Source: an uncultured Chloroflexia bacterium | GTDB taxonomy: Bacteria; Chloroflexota; Limnocylindria; Limnocylindrales; CSP1-4 | Length of the DNA stretch: 64,000 bases | NCBI GenBank assembly: GCA_963831745.1 | Contig: CAWHRD010000004.1 | Coordinates: forward strand, 46,005-110,004 | Direction: 5' to 3' | Shown: in pieces, positions 1 through 8,596 of the stretch | Numbering within the stretch: the stretch's first letter is position 1 | Layout of the letters: every line of letters starts with the position of its first letter | Notes under the pieces: model-generated | The model's database searches: none | What the model was told of the DNA's origin: nothing | Seen by the model: only the letters and a program-made list of their open reading frames with translations | Translations under genes and position numbers: made by a program

Positions 1-1188
1 GTGGGCCTCGACTCCGGGATCCTGATGCACCCCCAGATCTGGGTCACGTCGGGCCACGTCGCCGAGTTCAACGACCCGATGGTCGAGTGCGCCACCTGCA
101 AGCGGCGCTACCGCGTCGACGAGTTCGCCGGGACCGAGGACCTCGGCCCGAAGGAGCTGCTCGATCCCGGGATCGTGGGCCGCCTCGGGCTGGCCTGCCC
201 GAACGACGGCGGGCCGCTGAGCGCGCCGCGCCGCTTCAACCTGATGCTCAAGACGTTCCTCGGCCCCGTCGAGGACGAGGCGGCCGTCGTCTACCTGCGC
301 CCCGAAACCGCCCAGGGGATCTACGTCAACTACCGCAACGTGCGCGACACGGCCCGCAAGAAGATCCCCTTCGGGATCGCCCAGGTCGGCAAGGCGTTCC
401 GCAACGAGATCAGCCCCGGCAACTTCGTCTTCCGGATGCGCGAGTTCGAGCAGATGGAGATGCAGTACTTCGTCCACCCCGAGACGGCGTCCACCCACTT
501 CGAGGACTGGCTGCCGCGGCGCAGGGCGTGGTACGAGGCGTACGGCGTGGCACCCGAGCGGCTCCGCTTCCGCGAGCACCGCGCCGACGAGCTGGCCCAC
601 TACGCCAAGAAGGCCATCGACGTCGAGTACCGCTTCCCGTTCGGCTGGAAGGAGCTCGAGGGGATCCACAACCGCGGCGACTGGGACCTGGGCCGCCACG
701 CGAAGGAATCCGGGGAGAACCTGGAGTACTTCGACCCGGCGACCGAGGAGCACTACATCCCCTGGATCATCGAGACCTCGGCGGGCGCCGACCGGGCCGC
801 CTTCACCTTCCTCATCGACGCCTACCGGGAGGAGGAGGTCCGCGGCGAGAAGCGGGTCGTCCTGGGGCTCCATCCCGATCTCTCGCCGTACAAGGTCGCG
901 GTCCTGCCGCTGCTCAAGAAGCGCGGCGAGATCGTCGAGATGTGCCACCGCATCAAGGACGACCTCAAGCGCCACGCGATGGCGGTCTACGACGACACCG
1001 CCGCGATCGGCAAGCTCTACCGGCGCCAGGACGAGATCGGCACGCCGTGGTGCGTCACCGTGGACGTGGACTCGCTGGACGACGGCAACGTCACGGTCCG
1101 CGACCGCGACGCGATGACCCAGGAGCGCATCGGCGCCGGCCAGGTGACGCGCTACATCCTCGACAAGCTCGAGGCGGCGCGGCCCTGA
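1..1188 (+). CDS. glyQS: Glycine--tRNA ligase (class II, dimeric type), C-terminal about 395 aa; 5' end truncated by the window edge
   Basis: Open frame from base 1 to the stop at 1188. The translation carries class II aaRS core motifs (FRNEISPGNFVFRMREFEQMEMQYF) and an anticodon-binding C-terminus typical of GlyRS. Confidence 0.85.
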   Translation: MGLDSGILMHPQIWVTSGHVAEFNDPMVECATCKRRYRVDEFAGTEDLGPKELLDPGIVGRLGLACPNDGGPLSAPRRFNLMLKTFLGPVEDEAAVVYLRPETAQGIYVNYRNVRDTARKKIPFGIAQVGKAFRNEISPGNFVFRMREFEQMEMQYFVHPETASTHFEDWLPRRRAWYEAYGVAPERLRFREHRADELAHYAKKAIDVEYRFPFGWKELEGIHNRGDWDLGRHAKESGENLEYFDPATEEHYIPWIIETSAGADRAAFTFLIDAYREEEVRGEKRVVLGLHPDLSPYKVAVLPLLKKRGEIVEMCHRIKDDLKRHAMAVYDDTAAIGKLYRRQDEIGTPWCVTVDVDSLDDGNVTVRDRDAMTQERIGAGQVTRYILDKLEAARP

Positions 1189-1195
1189 CGGTCGA

Positions 1196-1711
1196 ATGGA
1201 TCCGCACGGCGCCGGGCGCCTCGAGACGCGGCGGCTCGTGCTCCGCCCATTCCTGCCCGACGACGTGGGAGTGATGGCCGAGGTCCTCGGCGATCCGGTC
1301 TCGATGCGCTTCTACCCGCATCCCTTCTCGTTCGAGGAGACCGAGGCCTGGGTGGCCCGGAACATGGCCCGATCCGAAGGGGATGGCCTCGGACTGTGGG
1401 CCGTCGTGCTTCGCGACACCGGCGAGGTCGTGGGTGACTGCGGGGCGGTGGTCCAGCAGGTCGACGGGTCGGACGAGCTGGAGCTCGGATGGCACCTCCA
1501 CCCCGCCCACCAGGGTCACGGCTTCGCGACGGAGGCGGCCATCGCCTGGCGCGACTACGCGTTCGCCGTCACCGGTCGCGACCGGCTCATCTCGCTGATC
1601 CTCGAGGAGAACCTGCCCTCCCAGCGCGTCGCCGAGCGGATCGGCATGTCGGTCTGGAAGACGGCCGCGTTCGCCGGTCGCTCGCACCTCGTGTACGCGA
1701 TCCGCCGCTGA
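1196..1711 (+). CDS. GNAT family N-acetyltransferase (RimJ/RimL-like)
   Basis: 171 aa with the acetyl-CoA binding motif region (HLHPAHQGHGFATEAA) and the characteristic 'RLVLRPF...D' N-terminus of RimJ-like GNATs. It starts 8 nt after the glyQS stop. Confidence 0.75.
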   Translation: MDPHGAGRLETRRLVLRPFLPDDVGVMAEVLGDPVSMRFYPHPFSFEETEAWVARNMARSEGDGLGLWAVVLRDTGEVVGDCGAVVQQVDGSDELELGWHLHPAHQGHGFATEAAIAWRDYAFAVTGRDRLISLILEENLPSQRVAERIGMSVWKTAAFAGRSHLVYAIRR

Positions 1712-1811
1712 GCGTCGCCGGCGCCGCGGCTCTCGGGAACCTTCCGGCCTTCCCCGACGACATACCATCGAAGGCGCGACGACATCGCCGCGTCGACACC
1801 GGGGGGAAGCC

Positions 1812-2375
1812 GTGGACCAGCGAGAGCTCGTCGAGCGCGCGCGGGAGGGCGATCATGACGCCTTCGCCGTGCTCGCCCGCCTGTTCGTCGCGCGGCTGGA
1901 CGCGGCAGCCCGACTCATTCTCCGGGACCCCGAGCTCGCGCGAGACGCGGTCCAGGAGGGCTTCATCGGCGCATGGCGGAACCTCCCGACGCTCCGGGAT
2001 CCGGATCGCTTCGAAGCGTGGCTCCGCCGGCTCGTCTTCCGCTCCTGCATCGACGCCGTCCGGCGTCGCGGCCGCCGGCCTATCGAGGTCGAGCTGTCGC
2101 CCATCGACGCGCCGGCGATTGGCGACATCGCCTCGCTCGTAGCCGATCGCGAGATGCTCGACGCCGCCCTCCGGCGGCTCCGACCCGAGTGGCGCGCGGT
2201 CGTCGTCCTGCACTACTACCTCGGAATGCCGTTGCCCGACGTGGCGGCGACCCTCGGCATCCCGATCGGGACCGCCAAGTCCCGGCACCACCGCTCCCTC
2301 GAGGAGATGCGCTTCTCGATCTCCGCCGCTCTCGAACCCCCGCGTTCGCCCGCCACGGGAGGGCAGGTCGCATGA
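1812..2375 (+). CDS. ECF (sigma-70 family) RNA polymerase sigma factor
   Basis: 187 aa with sigma region 2 (DAVQEGFIGAWRNLPTL, FEAWLRRLVFRSCIDAVRRR) and region 4 (LPDVAATLGIPIGTAKSRHHRSLEEMR). GTG start at 1812. Confidence 0.8.
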   Translation: MDQRELVERAREGDHDAFAVLARLFVARLDAAARLILRDPELARDAVQEGFIGAWRNLPTLRDPDRFEAWLRRLVFRSCIDAVRRRGRRPIEVELSPIDAPAIGDIASLVADREMLDAALRRLRPEWRAVVVLHYYLGMPLPDVAATLGIPIGTAKSRHHRSLEEMRFSISAALEPPRSPATGGQVA

Positions 2376-3610
2376 CCGATCTCGAGCGCCTCGAACCGCG
2401 GCTGCCCGAGCTGCTGGCCGACCTGGCGACCCCGCGGGTTCCCGACTACTTCGACGACATGCTCCTGGCGACCGCCCGAACTCGGCAGCGGCCCGCCTGG
2501 AGCTCCCTCGAAAGGTGGCTTCCCATGGACGTCGCGCGTCCCGCACCATTCCGGGCGCCCTCCCTGCGCCCGCTCCTGATCATCGGGATCCTGGGCATCC
2601 TCGTCATCGCGTCCGCGCTGGCCTTCGCAGGCTCCCAGCCCCGACTGCCGGCTCCGTTCGGTCCCGCCCGCAACGGCGCGATCCTGTTCAGCACCACCGA
2701 GGGCGACATCCTGGCGGCCGACCCGGCGACCGGGACGACAACGGCGGTCGTGACCGGCCCCGCCCGCGACGTAGATCCGTGGGTGTCGCCGGACGGCCGC
2801 CGGTTCCTGTTCCACCGGGTGTCGGGCCAGGGAACCGCGCTCCTGGTGGCGAACATCGACGGCACGGGCGTCCGGGAGGTCCTGCCCGCGGGAACGCTCG
2901 GCCGTGGGGTCGAGTGGTCGCCGAGCGGCGACCGGCTCGTCCTGAGCGGGTTCGAGAACACGGATCCCGCGCAGCTCATCGATGTCGCCAGTGGGTCGTC
3001 GACGACCATCGACGCCGGCTTCCCCATCGCGTACGCAGTCTGGCGGCCCGGCCACGAGGACCTCGTGCTCACCGGCGACAAGGACGGCCGGCGCGGGTTC
3101 TGGCTCGTGAACCCCGACGGCACCGGTCTCCGGCAGATCCCGACGAACCCTGGTGCGATCAACGACGCGTCGGTGTCGCCCGATGGCTCCACCCTTGCCT
3201 ACGCGACGTGGGAGGACGGCCCCGGACTCCAGGGGCGCATCCACGTCGATGACATCGATTCCGGTCGTGATCGGCTGCTCACGCCCGACCTCAGCGACGG
3301 GTACACACGGCTCAGCCCGCAGTTCTCGCCCGACGGCAGGACGCTGCTCGAGGAGCGGTACGACGCAAAGGGGCAGTACTCGATGGCGATCCTGTCCGTC
3401 GACGGGGGCGTGCCGGAGATCGTCCTGGGGGCGCCGCACCCGGAGCGAACCAACGGCGCGGCCGCGCACTTCTCGCCCGACGGAACCAAGATCCTCCTGA
3501 CGTACCGCGACGACGGGTCGACGTGGCTGCTGGCGAGGGACGGCACCACCCAGGAGCGGGTGGCGTGGCCGGCGACCGAGATGGAGTCCTGGCAGCGCCT
3601 GGCGCCCTGA
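2372..3610 (+). CDS. Membrane-anchored TolB-like / WD40-like beta-propeller repeat protein; candidate anti-sigma partner of the upstream ECF sigma factor
   Basis: Its ATG at 2372 overlaps the sigma stop (ATGA), implying translational coupling. A single TM helix (LLIIGILGILVIASALAFAG) is followed by repeated 'SPDG' beta-propeller blades (WVSPDGRRFLF, WSPSGDRLVL, SVSPDGSTLAY, QFSPDGRTLL, HFSPDGTKILL). Confidence 0.7.
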   Translation: MTDLERLEPRLPELLADLATPRVPDYFDDMLLATARTRQRPAWSSLERWLPMDVARPAPFRAPSLRPLLIIGILGILVIASALAFAGSQPRLPAPFGPARNGAILFSTTEGDILAADPATGTTTAVVTGPARDVDPWVSPDGRRFLFHRVSGQGTALLVANIDGTGVREVLPAGTLGRGVEWSPSGDRLVLSGFENTDPAQLIDVASGSSTTIDAGFPIAYAVWRPGHEDLVLTGDKDGRRGFWLVNPDGTGLRQIPTNPGAINDASVSPDGSTLAYATWEDGPGLQGRIHVDDIDSGRDRLLTPDLSDGYTRLSPQFSPDGRTLLEERYDAKGQYSMAILSVDGGVPEIVLGAPHPERTNGAAAHFSPDGTKILLTYRDDGSTWLLARDGTTQERVAWPATEMESWQRLAP

Positions 3611-3627
3611 CCCGTCGGTGCCACGTA

Positions 3628-3658
3628 CGCCGGGTCACGCCGCGGGCGTGGCCCGGCG
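3628..3658 (+). terminator. GC-rich hairpin (13-bp stem with one G-U wobble, 5-nt loop) followed by TT; candidate intrinsic terminator of the sigma/propeller operon
   Basis: cgccgggtcacgc-cgcgg-gcgtggcccggcg, 18 nt after the stop at 3610. Confidence 0.4.
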
Positions 3659-3949
3659 TTGCCGTGCCCGGCGCAGCAACGAGCCGTCGGCCTCCCCGAC
3701 GGGTCGTCGCGCGGGCTACTCCGCGGCGGCGGCCGCCGGCTCGCTGCACCCGAGCAGGGCCACGGCCTCGGCCGTCGTGAGGATCCCGGCCAGCCAGCGG
3801 CCAACGACCTCGGTCCGCTGCTGCTCTCTCGTCGTCAACGTCAGGCTCTCCCTCATGAGGTGAGACTGACAAATTCACTGAGCAGTTGTCCCTGCCAGAT
3901 TCACTGAGCAGGGACAGTTCTCGCGCTCTTTTCGTCCGCTCTGGTAGCC

Positions 3950-4339
3950 TTGGCGGTCTTCTCCTACGGCGCGCTGAGTCCGCTGCCTGCGTCCGCAGCG
4001 TGCTCGGGCGCATACCTCACGATCTACGAGAACACTGGCGGCGGTGGGGCCGCCTACACGTTCTGTGCCGACTCCAACGACCCTGACTTCTCGGACAGCA
4101 CTCCCCCTAGCCCGGGAACCGGTCACTGCGGCGTGTTCGGGACCACTTGGAACGACTGCGCGAGCTCGGCCTACTGGCATCCAGCGACCGGCAAGTACGT
4201 ATGCCTGCATTCCAACTCGAGCTACGGCGGAAATGCGCTGCAGTGGGCGCCGTCCTCGTATGCTGGACGTATCGACCTGCCCACGTGGATGAACAACGTC
4301 GCGAGTTCCCTCGACTGGGGTAGCGGCTGCCTCCAGTAG
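3950..4339 (+). CDS. Hypothetical small secreted Cys-rich protein (6 Cys; Tyr/Trp/Asn/Ser/Thr-rich) in a lower-GC islet; start codon uncertain
   Basis: Composition is unlike the Arg/Pro artefact ORFs and local GC is about 60% versus about 72% in the flanks. The in-frame upstream extension (VLALFSSALVALAVFSYGAL) looks like a signal peptide but has no canonical start after the in-frame TGA at 3905; TTG 3950 and CTG 3941 are the only candidates. Confidence 0.5.
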   Translation: MAVFSYGALSPLPASAACSGAYLTIYENTGGGGAAYTFCADSNDPDFSDSTPPSPGTGHCGVFGTTWNDCASSAYWHPATGKYVCLHSNSSYGGNALQWAPSSYAGRIDLPTWMNNVASSLDWGSGCLQ

Positions 4340-4632
4340 CGGATCGTTCAGGGTGCCGCGTGGCGGCCCCAGATCAGTTCGAGGAGTGCCTTGTTTGCCT
4401 GCGCCCCTGGGCCGATGCGCAAGGCTGTAGACGACGCGGGCTGTCGGCCCGCCCCTCCGGGGGCCTGTAGCTTCGGGTCGTCTCCCACCCCCGGCCTGCC
4501 TCCGCCGCATCACTCCCTCAAGCGCAGGCACCAGCGAGGCGGGCACGTTCGATCAGATCTTGAGGCGCCTGCTGTCGGTCTTAGCCGAACCAGCGAGATC
4601 GCAATCGGCGGGGCCGTTCGGGCGGTCCTGAA

Positions 4633-4935
4633 TTGAACCTCAGGCGGCTCATGCTGGTGCTCGTGGCCGCCGCCATGGCCGCAGACCTCGTCACCTTCGT
4701 CCTGCTTTCAAACGAGGCTGGCGGCATCTACAACGAGATCAACCCCGTAGTGGTCGCGGCCCACGGTGCGTTCGGCCTCATTGGCATCGCCATCCTCAAG
4801 GTTGGCCTTGCCATGGTGCTGGTGCTGCTCGTGTCCCGCATCCGCCGCCCCGTGATGCTCATGGTCGCTGCGAGTGTCGCGATCTTCTTTGGACTTCTCG
4901 GCGCCGTCGGGAACATCACGGCGTGGCTGCGCTGA
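4633..4935 (+). CDS. Hypothetical small integral membrane protein (about 3 TM helices)
   Basis: 100 aa, strongly hydrophobic (LMLVLVAAAMAADLVTFVLL; GLIGIAILKVGLAMVLVLLV; MLMVAASVAIFFGLLGAVG). It lies in the lower-GC islet; start is TTG 4633 or ATG 4651. Confidence 0.4.
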   Translation: MNLRRLMLVLVAAAMAADLVTFVLLSNEAGGIYNEINPVVVAAHGAFGLIGIAILKVGLAMVLVLLVSRIRRPVMLMVAASVAIFFGLLGAVGNITAWLR

Positions 4936-5053
4936 CACCCAGGAAGGGCGTAGGCCAGCGAGGTGCGTGAACGCGGCGCGACAAGCCGAAGGAGGCGGCG
5001 TGGCCCCGGATCTCCCCACGGCGCGTCAGCATTGACACAGCACCGACCAGACG

Positions 5054-6598
5054 CTACCTCTTCTCCGCGGCGGCGGCCGCCGGCTCGCCCGAGACGACCT
5101 CGCCCGTCGGCGGGTACTCGCCGCGGAGGAAGGCATCCATCGCGTGGGCGGCGCGCTTGCCGTCGCCCATGGCCAGGATGACCGTCGCCGCGCCGCGGAC
5201 GATGTCGCCGCCGGCGAAGACGCCCGGGATGGAGGTCATCCCGAAGTCGTCGGTGACGACGTAGCCCCAGGGGTTGATCTCGAGGTCCGGCTCCGACGCG
5301 GTCAGGAGCGGGTTGGCCTTCGTGCCGATCGCCACGACCACCATCTCGCAGTCGATGACGAACTCGGAGCCATCGATCGGGACCGGCCGCCGGCGGCCGG
5401 AGGCGTCGGGCTCGCCGAGCTCCATCCGGAGGCAGCGGATCCCGGTCACCCAGCGGTTCTCGTCGGCGAGGACCTCGATCGGGGCCACCTGCAGCTCGAA
5501 CCGGATCCCCTCCTGCTCGGCGTGGTGGACCTCCTCCGCGCGGGCGGGGAGCTCGGCCTTGCCGCGGCGGTAGACGATCGTCGCCTCGTCGGCGCCCAGG
5601 CGCTTGGCCGTGCGCACCGAGTCCATCGCGACGTTGCCGCCGCCCACGACGACGACGCGGTGGCCGCGCAGGACCGGCGTGTCGGACGCGGGGTTCCACG
5701 CGCCCATCAGGTTGACCCGGGTGAGGTACTCGTTGGCCGAGTAGACGCCCTTGAAGTTCTCGCCGGGCACGTTCATGAACACCGGCAGCCCCGCGCCGAC
5801 CGCGAGGTAGACGGCGTCGAAGCGGTCGCGCAGCTCCCGCAGGGTGTAGGTACGGCCGATGATGGCGTTCGTCTCGATCTTGACGCCCGCGGCCACCAGC
5901 CGGTCGACCTCCTGCTGCACGATGTCCTTGGGGAGCCGGAACTCCGGGATCCCGTAGATCAGGACGCCGCCCGGCGAGTGGAAGGCCTCGAAGATCGTGA
6001 CGTCGTAGCCGTTGCCGACGAGCTCCTTGGCGGCGGTCAGGCCGGCCGGCCCGGAGCCGACGATGGCGACCGATCGCCCGACCGACGTCGGGTGGGCCGC
6101 GGCCAGCGCCTCGGGGTGCACCATCGCCCAGTCGGCGACATAGCGCTCGAGGGCGCCGATCGCGACCGGCGAGCCCTTCTTGGCCCGGACGCAGACGCCC
6201 TCGCACTGGATCTCCTGCGGGCAGACCCGCCCGGTGACGCACGGCAGGGCGTTGTCGCCGAGCAGGGACTCCGCGGCGCCGGCCATGTCGCCGACGCGCA
6301 GCAGCTCGATGAAGCGCGGGATGTTGACGCGGACCGGGCAACCGGCGATGCAGACCGGGTTCTTGCACTGGAGGCAGCGCTCGGCCTCGAGGACGGCGAG
6401 CTGCTGGGAGTAGCCGAGGTTGACCTCGCGGAAGTTGGCCGCGCGCTGGAGGGCATCCTGTTCGGGCATGTGGGTCCGCTCGATCGCCATCCGCTCCTTG
6501 GGCGTGAGCGGTCGGTCGAAGGCGGGCTGGAATGCCGAGTCGCCGGGGGACGCTGCCCCGGCTCCCTGGTCGGGAGCGGGGTTCGGCTGGTCGGTCAC
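5054..6598 (-). CDS. NADPH-dependent glutamate-synthase-beta-like oxidoreductase, large subunit of an NfnAB / SudAB-type ferredoxin:NADP oxidoreductase (NfnB/SudA/GltD family)
   Basis: 514 aa. N-terminal 2x[4Fe-4S] cysteine clusters (CLQCKNPVCIAGCP, CPQEIQCEGVC), followed by FAD (VAIVGSGPAGLTAA) and NAD(P) (VVVVGGGNVAMD) Rossmann motifs. ATGA overlap with the upstream small subunit. Confidence 0.85.
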   Translation of the reverse strand: MTDQPNPAPDQGAGAASPGDSAFQPAFDRPLTPKERMAIERTHMPEQDALQRAANFREVNLGYSQQLAVLEAERCLQCKNPVCIAGCPVRVNIPRFIELLRVGDMAGAAESLLGDNALPCVTGRVCPQEIQCEGVCVRAKKGSPVAIGALERYVADWAMVHPEALAAAHPTSVGRSVAIVGSGPAGLTAAKELVGNGYDVTIFEAFHSPGGVLIYGIPEFRLPKDIVQQEVDRLVAAGVKIETNAIIGRTYTLRELRDRFDAVYLAVGAGLPVFMNVPGENFKGVYSANEYLTRVNLMGAWNPASDTPVLRGHRVVVVGGGNVAMDSVRTAKRLGADEATIVYRRGKAELPARAEEVHHAEQEGIRFELQVAPIEVLADENRWVTGIRCLRMELGEPDASGRRRPVPIDGSEFVIDCEMVVVAIGTKANPLLTASEPDLEINPWGYVVTDDFGMTSIPGVFAGGDIVRGAATVILAMGDGKRAAHAMDAFLRGEYPPTGEVVSGEPAAAAAEKR

Positions 6599-7548
6599 GC
6601 GATGGCCTCCCCGGCGGCCGCGGCCGCCTCCTGCAGCTCGGCCTTCTCGGCCTTGTCCGCCAGGCCCGGGATCAGGCAGCTCCCGGTCGGCGCGTGGAGC
6701 GGCGCGTCACCGGCCGCCTCGGCCTCGGCCGCCCGCCGGTGGGCGACCTCGAGGGCGTGCGCCTCGAACTCGCGGTAGGTGCCGAGCCGGTCGGCCAGCT
6801 CCCGGAAGTCGACCTGGTGAGCATCGAACTCGGGGCCGTCGACGCAGGCGTAGACGGTCCTCCCGCCGACCTGGACGCGGCAGCCGCCGCACATCCCGGT
6901 TCCGTCGAGCATGATCGCGTTCAGCGACGCGAACGTCGGCACGCCGTAGGGGCGGGTCAGCTCGGCGATGGCGCGCATCATCGGGACCGGGCCGACGGCG
7001 TAGATGGCGTCGATGCCGCCCGCGTCGAGGAGGTCCTTGAGGGCCTCGGTGACGAAGCCGTGCCGGCCGTAGCTGCCGTCGTCGGTGCAGGTGACGACGT
7101 CGCCGGCGAGGTGCAGCTCGTCCTCGAAGATGACCCACTCCTTCGACCGGCCGCCGATGACGCTGGTGACCTTCACGCCAGCCTCGTGGAGCCCGAGGGC
7201 GATCGGGTAGACGACCGCCGTCCCGACGCCGCCGCCGACGCAGACCGCGTGCCCGGACTCGATGAGCTCGGTCGCCCGCCCGAGCGGCCCGGCAACGTCC
7301 TGGATCGCCTCGCCGATCTCGAGCGCCACGAGGTCCTCGGTGCTCTTGCCGACCGCCTGGATCACGAGCGTGATCGTGCCGCGCGTCGCGTCCGCGTCGG
7401 CGATGGTGAGCGGGATCCGCTCAGCGCCGGGGCCGCGATGAACGATGACGAACTGGCCCGGCTTGCGGATCTCCGCGATGCGCGGCGCCTCGATGACCAG
7501 GCGCGTCACGTTCGGGGAGAGCAGGGCCTTGCCGACGACGGTGTGCAT
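6595..7548 (-). CDS. Small subunit of NfnAB / SudAB-type oxidoreductase (PyrK-like FAD / 2Fe-2S electron-transfer subunit)
   Basis: 317 aa from the ATG at 7548 (MHTVVGKALLSPNVTRLVIEAPRIA). FNR-like beta-barrel plus NAD domain and a C-terminal CGGC...C 2Fe-2S motif (DGTGMCGGCRV...YACVDGPEF); its stop overlaps the large-subunit start. Confidence 0.8.
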   Translation of the reverse strand: MHTVVGKALLSPNVTRLVIEAPRIAEIRKPGQFVIVHRGPGAERIPLTIADADATRGTITLVIQAVGKSTEDLVALEIGEAIQDVAGPLGRATELIESGHAVCVGGGVGTAVVYPIALGLHEAGVKVTSVIGGRSKEWVIFEDELHLAGDVVTCTDDGSYGRHGFVTEALKDLLDAGGIDAIYAVGPVPMMRAIAELTRPYGVPTFASLNAIMLDGTGMCGGCRVQVGGRTVYACVDGPEFDAHQVDFRELADRLGTYREFEAHALEVAHRRAAEAEAAGDAPLHAPTGSCLIPGLADKAEKAELQEAAAAAGEAIA

Positions 7549-7779
7549 GGCAACTCCAGGACGGTGGGCGGTCTCGGGGAATGGTGCCGGTCGCGCGCGC
7601 GCGACCCATGCGCCACCGCGCATATGTTCCGTGGGCCGAATGGCACCTTTCCCGTTCGCAACGGTACGCCCCCGGCGCGATCCGCGCCCTGGGCGTGGTC
7701 AGCCGGCCGGCGCGATCCGCGCGAGGCCGCCAGCGGTAGCGGCGAACGGCGTGCGACGCATGCGATGTCGCAGCGGCGG

Positions 7780-7805
7780 GAGGGGGAGCCCTTCAGCTCC
7801 CCCTC
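7780..7805 (-). terminator. Hairpin (10-bp GC-rich stem, 6-nt loop) downstream of the minus-strand helix-hairpin-helix gene; candidate terminator
   Basis: gagggggagc-ccttca-gctccccctc, about 50 nt beyond the 3' end (7853) of the minus-strand gene. Confidence 0.35.
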
Positions 7806-7852
7806 GCCGGGGTTCCGTCATGGGGGCCCGTCGAGTCGGGCACCCCCGTTGG

Positions 7853-8596
7853 CTACTTGCGTCGGGCGTTGTATGACGCCAGCGCTTCCCAGTCGCCCCT
7901 CGCCGCGTACGACGCCTGCGTCGGCCAGCTGCCCAGGCTCGGTGGAGTCAGCGCCCCGCTGGCGGAGATGATCTCGCGCAGCTTCTCGGTGCTCGTGTGC
8001 TCCAGCTGGGCGTAGGTCGTCACGCCGCCCTCGGCGAGAATCGAGGCGATTCGCGGGCCGATGCCGTTGAGCTGGGTCAGGTCGTCCGGCGCCGAGGCCT
8101 CGACCGGGGCAGCCTTCGGCTTCGCGGCCTTGGCGCTGGCCTTCGACGCCTTCTGGTTGTGCTTCATCAGGCCCTGCCAGTCGCCCTTTGCCGCGAAGGT
8201 GGCCTGCATGGGCCAGGTCCCCACGTTCGCGGGAGGCACCATGTCGGCCTCGTGGAGCGCGTGGCGGAGCTGGGGTTCGTTCGCCTCGGCGAGCGCCTCG
8301 TAGGTCGTGAGCCCCGCCGCCGCAAGCGCCGTGGCCGCCTTGGGGCCGATGCCCGCCAGCTGCGTCAGGTCGTCGGCCGCGGCCGGCGGCTCGGGCGCGG
8401 CAGGAGCGGGCTCCTCGACGGGGACGGGGCAGGGGCCGGCTCCCGGGTGGGCGGCAGGCCCGGGTGCTGCGCGGACCGAAGCGTACAGCGCGAGCGCAAG
8501 CTCCGCGCGTCCGCGGGGCCCATCCGGCAGTGGTGGTCCTATCCCCCCTGCGGCGACGTCGCCGACTGGCTCACGATCGGCATGGGCGTGTCCCAC
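7853..8596 (-). CDS. Hypothetical protein with two tandem helix-hairpin-helix repeats (DDLTQLxGIGPxxAxxLAxxGxTTYxxL); start uncertain (GTG 8596 proposed, overlapping the mscS 3' end)
   Basis: Two clearly homologous ~80-aa repeats in the C-terminal 180 aa of the 7853..9460 frame. No ATG lies upstream of the repeats; GTG at 8596 is preceded by the purine-rich GGGACGGGG. Confidence 0.45.
   Translation of the reverse strand: MGHAHADREPVGDVAAGGIGPPLPDGPRGRAELALALYASVRAAPGPAAHPGAGPCPVPVEEPAPAAPEPPAAADDLTQLAGIGPKAATALAAAGLTTYEALAEANEPQLRHALHEADMVPPANVGTWPMQATFAAKGDWQGLMKHNQKASKASAKAAKPKAAPVEASAPDDLTQLNGIGPRIASILAEGGVTTYAQLEHTSTEKLREIISASGALTPPSLGSWPTQASYAARGDWEALASYNARRK

Noticed and set aside
4728-6778. 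Long alternate-frame ORFs (546 aa minus strand, 544 aa plus strand) overlapping the NfnB-like gene
   Set aside because: Arg/Pro/Gly/Ala-dominated low-complexity translations typical of off-frame reading in ~70% GC DNA. The in-frame NfnB-like ORF has clear cofactor motifs.
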